Positions 19,011-27,568 of a DNA stretch of 60,674 nt are shown here, piece after piece; the stretch's first letter is position 1, and the number at the start of each line of letters is the position of its first letter. The position numbers and the translations under genes were made by a program. Below the pieces are notes generated by a model. That model worked only from the letters and a program-made list of their open reading frames with translations, was not told the DNA's origin and made no database searches. The DNA comes from an uncultured Verrucomicrobiota bacterium (GTDB lineage: Bacteria > Verrucomicrobiota > Kiritimatiellia > CAIKKV01 > CAITUY01): assembly GCA_964535015.1 (NCBI GenBank), contig CAZHRU010000005.1:1-60674 (forward strand). The letters are read 5' to 3'.

Positions 19011-20067
19011 CCCGGCCGCGGACTCCGCACCGTCAGCGCAACGGCATTATTGGCGGTTCGCCAAGACGCCATGGCGGGCATTAGCCGCCTGTGCCTTTGT
19101 TCTGCTGATCGCCGGGTGCGCCACTCGCACCCGTCACGAATGGCTGGTACTGTTCTTCGACGGCGTCCCCCCTGAACAAGGATCCAGCACCAACTCGGTA
19201 ATCTCCACCGCCACGGCGGGCACCAGCGCCGCCACAACCAATGCGCCCTCACGCCCCTTACCCCCTGCGCCCATTGTACACTCCCCCTATGCCGACCGCG
19301 ACTGCAACGCCTGCCACGAATCCGCCTTCTCGCAAAAAATGCGCGGAAAAACGAAAGACGTCTGCCTGGGTTGCCACACCGATCTCATGGATAAGGCCAA
19401 ATCCAAACATAGCCCGGCCGACGAAGGTGAATGCCTGACCTGCCACAACCCTCATGAGTCCCCGCAGAAATTCCTTCTGACCAAAAAACCAACCGCCTTG
19501 TGCATCAAGTGTCATGACGACCTGTCCAAGGTCAAGCACCCGCACGCCCCGGTCCAAGCAGGTGAATGCCTGGAATGCCATAAACCTCACGGCTCCGCCC
19601 AACCCCATCTGCTGTCCAGCAAACCTGAAACACTTTGCGGAACATGTCATACGGACATGGCCAAAGGGAAATATCCTCACGCTCCCGCTGAAGGCGGTGA
19701 GTGCAGCGCCTGCCATAAACCACACGGCTCCGATCTCCCCCATATGTTGGCAAAAAAGAGCGGAGACCTCTGCTTCTCCTGTCATGACAAATTCACCGCC
19801 AAGTTTATGCATGCCCCAGCCAAGGGCGGCGAGTGCCTCGAATGTCACCGCCCCCACGTCTCTTCAGAACCGGCGCTGGCCAGAAAATCCATCAAGACAC
19901 TGTGTTTCGATTGCCACGACAAGGACGAAGTGAAAGGTAAAACCGCCCACTCCACCATGGGGGATACCGCCTGCACCAAGTGCCACGACCCCCACGGCAC
20001 CGACCGCAAGTTCATGCTCAAGTCCACCAACAGCGTCCCGACCGCCGCCGCACCCGCAACCCCATGA
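18973..20067 (+). CDS. 11-heme lipoprotein cytochrome c (doubled-CXXCH repeat type)
   Basis: Lipobox LIAGC then FFDGVP; 11 CXXCH in repeats H.P...G.C..CH.PH.S....LL......LC..CH. Confidence 0.9.
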   Translation: MDLDTPSNKIRPDPAADSAPSAQRHYWRFAKTPWRALAACAFVLLIAGCATRTRHEWLVLFFDGVPPEQGSSTNSVISTATAGTSAATTNAPSRPLPPAPIVHSPYADRDCNACHESAFSQKMRGKTKDVCLGCHTDLMDKAKSKHSPADEGECLTCHNPHESPQKFLLTKKPTALCIKCHDDLSKVKHPHAPVQAGECLECHKPHGSAQPHLLSSKPETLCGTCHTDMAKGKYPHAPAEGGECSACHKPHGSDLPHMLAKKSGDLCFSCHDKFTAKFMHAPAKGGECLECHRPHVSSEPALARKSIKTLCFDCHDKDEVKGKTAHSTMGDTACTKCHDPHGTDRKFMLKSTNSVPTAAAPATP

Positions 20068-22049
20068 CGACGACACGGCACAACGTGCGACGGATCCTGC
20101 TGGCACCCCTCTGCGCCTTCCCTCTTGTGGTCTCCGCACAACCGTCCACCACGGCGCCCCAACTGCTTACGCTGTGGCTCGAAAGCCCATCCATCGTCTT
20201 CGATGCCGAGAAGAAGACTGAAACCCGGAAGAGTCCCGATCCCCTCAACTCCTACGAACAGGAAACCGTCCGCCTGAAACCCTCCTTGGACTTTACCCTC
20301 CGGGGTTCGGTCTACCACCCGAACTTCCTTGAATTCTACTTCCACGGCATGGAGGGCTTGGACTCCGAGGACACCACAACCACCCTCGCCGATGAATACA
20401 ATAGCAGTAGCCAAAGTTGGTTCCATAATTACAACGCCAACGCCTTGTTGTTCAGGGAGAAGCCGGTGACGTTCCAAGTCTTCGCCGAAAAGAACAGAAC
20501 TCGTCGCGAGTACGACTTCTTCTCGACTGTGGAAGTGGATTCACAGCGCTACGGAATGAGTAGCGGAATCAACAACACCAGAGTCCCGGCCTCGGTCAGC
20601 GTTTCTCATCTGGATGAAACCGTGGATGACCAGTTCCGACCTTCCACCCTCACCGAGGATGTGGCGGGCGTCACGCTCCGAAGCCAGCGCGGCATCGACA
20701 ATACCACTGACTTCAACTACCAGTACCGCAACTACGAACGGATGGAGAATGATGACTTCTCACAGTCCGGCACCGAAAACTCCGTTCAGATTGGCGATAC
20801 CGAACGTTTTGGCCTGCGCGATCAATTCAGGCTTGATTCCAACCTGTCCGCCTTCGACCTCGCCGACGATAACGGCTCCTATAACTCGTTGTCGCTCCGC
20901 GAGTCCCTGATCAACCAACATCGCCAGAATCTTGCGAGCATCTACCGGTACAACTTCAGACAGAACGAGCGCGACACCAGCCGGAACCATACGCATGAGG
21001 CCAGCGCGGGTCTCCGCCACAGACTTTACGAAAGTCTGGTTTCTTCCGGCGAACTCCACGGCGAACGCTCCGTTGACGACAGCGCCGAGGACCGCCTGCA
21101 AAAGGACCTCTATGGCGTCAACCTCGGCGAAGACTACACCAAACGCCTCGGCCTCTGGGGCCGCCTGAGTGCCGGCTATCATGTCCGGATCGATCAGGAA
21201 CGATGGAACGCCACCGGCAACGGAGGATTTTCCGTCATCGGCGAAATGCACACCCTTGCCGACGGCATCGTAACGTTACTGAACTACCCGGTGGCGAATA
21301 TCCAGGGCATCCGGGTCATGGACCTTACCGCCTCTCGCCTCTACCTGCCGGGCGTGGACTACACTGTCATCCCCCACGGCAACCGCGTGGAAATCAGGCG
21401 CGGCGTGACCGGCATCATTCCCAACGGAGGATCCGTTCTTGTGGACTACGATGCCACCAAGGCCAACTCCTCCAACTTCCGCTCCTTCGGCGACATGGCC
21501 TCGCTCCGGTTGGACCTTTTCGGGGATTTGATCGGCCTCTATACACGGCATGGACGGCAACGGTATTCCGGGGACGGCGCTCCTTTGTACCAGGAGTATA
21601 ACAGCACCCTGCTCGGCATGGATATTCACTGGGAGTTCTTCCGCGGCGGCGCCGAGCATGAGATTTATGATTCCGAACAGTCCCCCTATACCGCCACCCG
21701 CCTGTTCGAGACCTTCACTTTCAACCCCAACACCTATTCCATGCTCACCTTCGACTTCCGCCAATCCAACCTGCAATTCCCGGACCAGACGGAAGATCAG
21801 GACATCTACCAATTCATCGGCCAATACCAAGTCAGGGTAACCTCGACCTTGTCTCTCACCGCGGAGGGCGGCCAACAGTTCGAACGCGGATTCGGCGGCG
21901 ACCGTGATGTCACCACCTGGCGCGCCGGCGCCGACTACGCCATCGGACGCCTGACGTTCTCGGCCCGCTACGACCTCCAGGACGAATCCTATCGCGATGA
22001 GGAACGGGACCGCCGCATCATCCACTTCATAGCGAAGAGGGTCTTCTGA
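20064..22049 (+). CDS. Outer-membrane beta-barrel, putative porin of a porin-cytochrome conduit
   Basis: ATG overlaps the cytochrome stop (ATGA); signal peptide; amphipathic strands rich in Y/D/N/S; C-terminal Phe (KRVF). Confidence 0.75.
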   Translation: MTTTRHNVRRILLAPLCAFPLVVSAQPSTTAPQLLTLWLESPSIVFDAEKKTETRKSPDPLNSYEQETVRLKPSLDFTLRGSVYHPNFLEFYFHGMEGLDSEDTTTTLADEYNSSSQSWFHNYNANALLFREKPVTFQVFAEKNRTRREYDFFSTVEVDSQRYGMSSGINNTRVPASVSVSHLDETVDDQFRPSTLTEDVAGVTLRSQRGIDNTTDFNYQYRNYERMENDDFSQSGTENSVQIGDTERFGLRDQFRLDSNLSAFDLADDNGSYNSLSLRESLINQHRQNLASIYRYNFRQNERDTSRNHTHEASAGLRHRLYESLVSSGELHGERSVDDSAEDRLQKDLYGVNLGEDYTKRLGLWGRLSAGYHVRIDQERWNATGNGGFSVIGEMHTLADGIVTLLNYPVANIQGIRVMDLTASRLYLPGVDYTVIPHGNRVEIRRGVTGIIPNGGSVLVDYDATKANSSNFRSFGDMASLRLDLFGDLIGLYTRHGRQRYSGDGAPLYQEYNSTLLGMDIHWEFFRGGAEHEIYDSEQSPYTATRLFETFTFNPNTYSMLTFDFRQSNLQFPDQTEDQDIYQFIGQYQVRVTSTLSLTAEGGQQFERGFGGDRDVTTWRAGADYAIGRLTFSARYDLQDESYRDEERDRRIIHFIAKRVF

Positions 22050-23071
22050 TGCCCGTATTCACCAAGACGGCCAAGACCTCCCTCGTGGCAATTGGCACGA
22101 TCTCCTTCATGGCTGCCCTCGGCAGTGCCGATGCCGCCGCCCCATCCCCTGCCCCCTCATGGCCACCCCCGCCAGCCGGGGAACGCATCAGGTATGTGCA
22201 GAGCATGTCGACCCCCGCCGACATCGGCGCCCGGGTTTCCGTCTGGGGCCGACTCAAGGGCCTCATCACCGGCATACGATCGGACCGGGTCGCCATGAAC
22301 AAACCCTTTGGCGTTTCGACCGATCAGCAGGGCAACCTGTGCGTCACAGATACCGCCGCCGGAGCCATCCTGCTGTTCAATCGTGCCGACCACCGTTTCC
22401 AGCGGTTGGACTCGATCAGCGGCAGACCCCTCCCCTCCCCGGTCGCCGCCCTCGTCCACAACGGCCAACTGTTTGTCGCCGACTCCGCACTGGCAAAGGT
22501 CCTGGTCGCGGACCTCGACGGGCGTCTGCAATTCGAAATCCAGAACCTGATCCGCCCCACGGGACTAGCCCTGTGTGACGGTAAATTGTTCGTGGCGGAT
22601 GCCGGCGCGCACTGCATTGCCGTCTTCGACCTCAAGGGAACCCTCCTCCACCGGTTAGGCTCACGCGGCACCGGACCGGGCGAGTTCAATTCCCCAACCC
22701 ACATTTCCAGCGGCACTAACCATCGCATTCTTGTCACCGACTCCCTTAATGAACGTGTCCAGATTCTTGACATGGAAGGACGAAATCTTGGTATCATTGG
22801 ACGAGTCGGAAGCGGCGGGGGTCAATTCATCCGCCCAAAGGGGGTGGCAGTGGATAGTTTCGGTCACATCTACGTCGCCGATGCCCTGCATGACAACATT
22901 CAGGTGTTCGACGAGACCGGTCGCTTTCTCCTGAACTGGGGAGAATCAGGGTCTGGACCCGGCGAATTCTGGATGCCTTCAGGCATTGCCATCAGTTCGA
23001 AGAACGAAATCTTTGTGGCCGATTCGTACAATAGCCGCGTTCAGGTTTTCCAATACGTGGGGAAGGAATGA
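22049..23071 (+). CDS. NHL-repeat beta-propeller protein (secreted)
   Basis: Signal peptide; repeats GEFNSPTHI, GQFIRPKGVAVDS.G.IYV.D, GEFWMPSGIA. Confidence 0.9.
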   Translation: MPVFTKTAKTSLVAIGTISFMAALGSADAAAPSPAPSWPPPPAGERIRYVQSMSTPADIGARVSVWGRLKGLITGIRSDRVAMNKPFGVSTDQQGNLCVTDTAAGAILLFNRADHRFQRLDSISGRPLPSPVAALVHNGQLFVADSALAKVLVADLDGRLQFEIQNLIRPTGLALCDGKLFVADAGAHCIAVFDLKGTLLHRLGSRGTGPGEFNSPTHISSGTNHRILVTDSLNERVQILDMEGRNLGIIGRVGSGGGQFIRPKGVAVDSFGHIYVADALHDNIQVFDETGRFLLNWGESGSGPGEFWMPSGIAISSKNEIFVADSYNSRVQVFQYVGKE

Positions 23072-24861
23072 TAACGATCCGCATTTCAGCAAACCGATCC
23101 CAAGAGGCAGGGCGCACCGTCCCGGGGTGCCGCCTCGGGCTGGCCCTTTGCGTTTGGATCCTTCTGACAGTGACCGGCGCCGAGGCGAAAGGTGTCAGCG
23201 GCTCCAAACACGACCTCTCCGCCTCCGGTGGCAGTTCCATCAGGGCGTCCGCCGAAGGCGACGTGTGTATCTTCTGCCATGCCCCCCACAATGGATCCAG
23301 CGAAGCCCCACTCTGGAACCGCTACACACAAAAGACATTCTATACCCCCTATTCCAGTCCAACGCTCAAGGCAACCATCGGTCAGCCAACCGGCGCGTCC
23401 AAACTCTGCCTGAGTTGCCACGATGGAACCGTTGCCCTTGGCATGGTGCGTAGCCGCTCGAAACCAATCCCGCTTTCAGGCGGACACAGCAAAATGCCGG
23501 CAGGCCGCGCCAAACTGGGAACCGATCTCTCCGACGATCACCCCATCTCCTTCACGTATGACGCCGCCTTGCTCGCCAAAAACACGCAGTTAAAAAGCCC
23601 GGCGTCATTGAAAACCGCCGCGCGCCCCGACAAGTCCGGCCAGGTTCAGTGCACCTCCTGCCACGATCCACACAACAATGAATACGGCAACTTTCTGACC
23701 ATGAACAACGCTCAATCCGCCTTGTGCATATCCTGCCACGACATGACGTACTGGGCCACCTCCGACCATCGCACCTCTGCAAAACAGTGGAACGGGCAAG
23801 GCCAGAATCCCTGGCCGCATACCGAGGGCAAGACCGTTGCCGACAACGGGTGCGAGAACTGCCATTCCCCCCACCAAGCCGGAACCGCCGCCCACCTGAT
23901 GAACTTTGCCGGCGAGGAACAAAATTGCCTGCCCTGCCACAACGGGAATGTCGCCTCAAAGAACATCCAGGCGGACTTGGCCAAACGCAGTCGCCATGAT
24001 GTGGCCGCCACGACCGGGATTCACGATCCCACCAAGAGCCCCTCCGCCTCCGCACGCCATGTGGAGTGCGTGGATTGCCACAATCCGCACGCCGCTCGCG
24101 GCGGCGCCACCGCCCTCTCCAGCAAAGCATCCCCCCCCGGACTCGACAGCACCCTCCTCGGCGTGGCCGGCGTCAGCGCCGCCGGAAGCGCCCTGAAGGC
24201 CGCCAGTCACGAGTATGAGATCTGCTTCCGCTGCCACGAAAACCAGACGCCCGGCCAGACCGCCACCGTGTCGCGCAAGTCCAACCCCTCCAGCCTGCGG
24301 CTGAAGTTTTCCGCAGGCAACGCCTCTTATCACCCCGTCGTGGCGGCCGGACACAATCCCGATGTCCCAAGTCTGATTTCCTCGTACAACGCCTCCAGCA
24401 TCATCAAATGCACCGACTGCCATAATAGCGATCAGGGTCCCGCCGCGGGCGGCCAAGGCGCAAGAGGCCCGCATGGCTCAACGTATGCCCCACTTCTTGA
24501 ACGGAAACTGGTCACCACCGACTTCGGCTCGGAAAGTCCCGCGGCCTACGCTCTGTGCTACAAGTGCCATAACCGGCAAAGCATTCTGAACAACGAGAGT
24601 TTCCCCGAACACAGCCGCCATATCGTGGATGAGAAGACCGCCTGCACCACCTGCCATGACTCGCATGGCGTCAATGAATCCACCGCCCTCATCAACTTCA
24701 ACACGGCCTACGTGTCACCCGGCGCCAGCAGCATCTCATTCCAGCACACAGGCCGGTTCCAGGGAAGTTGTTCCCTCACCTGCCACGGCACCACCCATGA
24801 CAACCAGACCTATGGAACACCCGCCATGTTTTTGAAACCCGCAACAAAACGGCGACGATAG
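23068..24861 (+). CDS. 12-heme cytochrome c (11 CXXCH + C-terminal CX3CH) with an N-terminal OmcE-like module
   Basis: Motifs counted in the translation; the first four hemes align motif by motif with the 17053-17709 protein. Confidence 0.9.
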   Translation: MITIRISANRSQEAGRTVPGCRLGLALCVWILLTVTGAEAKGVSGSKHDLSASGGSSIRASAEGDVCIFCHAPHNGSSEAPLWNRYTQKTFYTPYSSPTLKATIGQPTGASKLCLSCHDGTVALGMVRSRSKPIPLSGGHSKMPAGRAKLGTDLSDDHPISFTYDAALLAKNTQLKSPASLKTAARPDKSGQVQCTSCHDPHNNEYGNFLTMNNAQSALCISCHDMTYWATSDHRTSAKQWNGQGQNPWPHTEGKTVADNGCENCHSPHQAGTAAHLMNFAGEEQNCLPCHNGNVASKNIQADLAKRSRHDVAATTGIHDPTKSPSASARHVECVDCHNPHAARGGATALSSKASPPGLDSTLLGVAGVSAAGSALKAASHEYEICFRCHENQTPGQTATVSRKSNPSSLRLKFSAGNASYHPVVAAGHNPDVPSLISSYNASSIIKCTDCHNSDQGPAAGGQGARGPHGSTYAPLLERKLVTTDFGSESPAAYALCYKCHNRQSILNNESFPEHSRHIVDEKTACTTCHDSHGVNESTALINFNTAYVSPGASSISFQHTGRFQGSCSLTCHGTTHDNQTYGTPAMFLKPATKRRR

Positions 24862-24874
24862 GTCCGAATACCCT

Positions 24875-27568
24875 ATGAGGTCCATGACCATGGATGCGAC
24901 ACCAACACCTGCAAACCATCAGAACGGGTTGCTCATCCGCGCGGTTTCGGGTCTGTACCTCGTGAGCCTGCTCTGGTGCATCCCTGCGGCATCCCTGGCA
25001 AGTGACCCGCCCCATACCAATGCGAACGCCTGCGCCACCTGTCACCTGACCCATAATGCGTTTGGCCCGCTCCTCCTGACCAACGGGGTTGCCAATCTGT
25101 GCTTGTCGTGCCACTCCGCGGGCGGCGAGGCATCCGCCAAGCCCTTTGCCTCCGCCAACCAGGCATGGCCCTGGCCGGGTCTACCCGCCGCTACAAACGC
25201 CTCCGGCACCTCCCACCGCTGGGATGCCGGCGCGGCAGGCCATGTCGTCTTCCAGGGCGGCGCCGTGACCTCCTCCACCGGCATCATCTTTCCCGGCGGC
25301 GTCTACACCGGCGCCTACCCGAAGACCTACACCGTGACGATCACCAATGCGGGCAACGCCGGGGTCGCCCGTTTCAACTGGACCGCCACCCTCCCCGGCG
25401 GCGGTGCCGGCACGAACCTGCTCGCCGCCACCAACACCCCCCTCGACCAGGGCATTCTCCTCACCTTCGCCAACGGAACCGGCGTATCCTTCCAAGTCAA
25501 TGACCGCTGGATCATCCCCGTCCGTCCCGATCTGCGCGCACCCACCAATACGTTCATGCTGACCCGCCTCGTCAATGGATCCGTCGTTTGCTCCACCTGC
25601 CACGACCAGCATAGCCAACTCAAGACGCCCTTCGATCCGGCCGCGCCGACGAACACCACCTCTGCCGGCCGTCATTTCATGCGCGTGGCTAACGATCAGA
25701 ACCAGATGTGCCTGGACTGCCACGCCACCCGCAATGTCACCAACGCGATTCAGGGATCTCACCCAGTGGGCATCAGCACCCTTTCCAACACCCTGTACAA
25801 ACTCCCCGCCTCCCTGCCTCTCTCGAAAACCATCAACCATGTCGGTTGCCTGACCTGCCACACTCCCCACTACGCCCCCGCCAACAACGGCATGCTCCTC
25901 CGCATGACCAATACCCTCGCCCTCTGCGTGGATTGCCACCAACTGGCCAACACCAATACCCCCGGTTGCCACTTCATCACGACCAATGCCGCCACCCTCT
26001 GGCCGGGCGGCCAATACGGGTCCCTCCTGACCAATCGAACCGATGCCGCCTTGCAGGGCTCCTGCCTGAACTGCCACAGGGTACACGGCTGGCCCGATGC
26101 CGCCAATCCCACCAATGACTACCCGCGTCTCCTCGCCGACCGCGAGGAAAACCTCTGCTTTACCTGCCACGACGGCAACGGCCCCGCCGCCAAGGATGTC
26201 TACGTCGCCTTCACCAACGTCTATCATCATACGGTCCTCGATGCCGAACAGCGCCCGGGCCGCACCGTGGAGTGCCTGGACTGCCATAACGTCCATCAGT
26301 CCATTTCCAACGGCCATGTCTACACCAATTCGGCAACCTCCACCCGCAACCTGGTATCCAACCCGCTCAAGGGAGTCCCCGGTGTCGCCATCACCTACTC
26401 ATCCTTGACCAATTTCTCCGGAGTAACCACAAACCTGTACACCGCCATTCCCCAGTCCACCAATGAGTACCAGATCTGCATGAAGTGCCATTCGGGATAT
26501 GGTTACCCCGTCAATACCGCCGGAACCGCCTCTTTCACCACCAACACCTCCGCGGTAAGCGGCTCCGGCACCCAGTGGTCCAGCAACCTGGTGGGACAGA
26601 CACTCTTTCGCGCCAATGACCCGACACTTTACGTCATCACCGACGTAACCAGTGCAACCAGTCTATCCATCACCCCTCCCTATTCGGGGGCGACTGCCGC
26701 CGGCCAGTCCTTCACCATCATGGGGTTGCCGCCGGGCCTCACCCCCGTCTACACCAACGGAACGGCCGCCTTCACCAACAACAGCACCACCGTCAAGGGA
26801 ACCAGTACCACGTGGGGATCCGGAATGATCGGCCTGTGGATCGCACCCACCTCCACGCCTGCCGTCCTCTACAGGATCACGGCAGTCCTCAACACAACAA
26901 CCCTCACCATCGTCCCGGCCTATGCCGGCGCAAACAGTACCGGTCAGCGCTACCACATAACCGGAGGCACCGACCTCGCCCAGGAATTCAGCCCGATGAA
27001 CATGTCGGGGCACCCCATCTACACGGGCCTGAGCAACTACGTCAACACCCTCGCCCCGCGCGGACTCCTCGCCACCGCCCTCCGCCCGCCATGGAACGCC
27101 AACGTCGGCAACCAAACCATGATGTGCTCGGATTGCCACGACGACACGACCACCAATTACGTCCCCGGCGCTGCTCAGGGTCCCCACGGTTCCGCCTACC
27201 AATACATCCTGCGGGGCCCCAACGGCAACAACTGGCCGAATGTCACCTCCTTCGCCTCCAGTTGGTGCGCCAATTGCCACATCGACAACGTCGGCAAAGA
27301 AATGCACACCCGCGGTGAACACACTGCCGCGAACTGCTACGGATGCCACATCGTCATACCCCACGGCGGCAAGGTCTCCCGCCTCATTGGCGACCGCGAC
27401 ACCATGCCGGCCCGCTACGCCTGGAACAACACACTCACCAACATGCAGGTTTCCGCCTTCAAGAAGACCACCGCCAACAGTTACGCCGAGGGATCCAGCG
27501 GGAACTGCGCGGCCGCCTGCAGTAGCACCGACAAGCATCCCTCAATTTCAGGAGCCGAAAACTGGTGA
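24875..27568 (+). CDS. 13-heme secreted cytochrome c with inserted beta-rich domains
   Basis: 13 CXXCH, a terminal CAAACSSTDKH, two repeated ~68-aa inserts and one N-terminal beta insert; T/N-rich. Confidence 0.9.
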   Translation: MRSMTMDATPTPANHQNGLLIRAVSGLYLVSLLWCIPAASLASDPPHTNANACATCHLTHNAFGPLLLTNGVANLCLSCHSAGGEASAKPFASANQAWPWPGLPAATNASGTSHRWDAGAAGHVVFQGGAVTSSTGIIFPGGVYTGAYPKTYTVTITNAGNAGVARFNWTATLPGGGAGTNLLAATNTPLDQGILLTFANGTGVSFQVNDRWIIPVRPDLRAPTNTFMLTRLVNGSVVCSTCHDQHSQLKTPFDPAAPTNTTSAGRHFMRVANDQNQMCLDCHATRNVTNAIQGSHPVGISTLSNTLYKLPASLPLSKTINHVGCLTCHTPHYAPANNGMLLRMTNTLALCVDCHQLANTNTPGCHFITTNAATLWPGGQYGSLLTNRTDAALQGSCLNCHRVHGWPDAANPTNDYPRLLADREENLCFTCHDGNGPAAKDVYVAFTNVYHHTVLDAEQRPGRTVECLDCHNVHQSISNGHVYTNSATSTRNLVSNPLKGVPGVAITYSSLTNFSGVTTNLYTAIPQSTNEYQICMKCHSGYGYPVNTAGTASFTTNTSAVSGSGTQWSSNLVGQTLFRANDPTLYVITDVTSATSLSITPPYSGATAAGQSFTIMGLPPGLTPVYTNGTAAFTNNSTTVKGTSTTWGSGMIGLWIAPTSTPAVLYRITAVLNTTTLTIVPAYAGANSTGQRYHITGGTDLAQEFSPMNMSGHPIYTGLSNYVNTLAPRGLLATALRPPWNANVGNQTMMCSDCHDDTTTNYVPGAAQGPHGSAYQYILRGPNGNNWPNVTSFASSWCANCHIDNVGKEMHTRGEHTAANCYGCHIVIPHGGKVSRLIGDRDTMPARYAWNNTLTNMQVSAFKKTTANSYAEGSSGNCAAACSSTDKHPSISGAENW

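Noticed and set aside
20064-22049. Naming the porin MtrB/PioB or OmbB
   Set aside because: No family-specific motif could be recognised by eye; only generic beta-barrel evidence.
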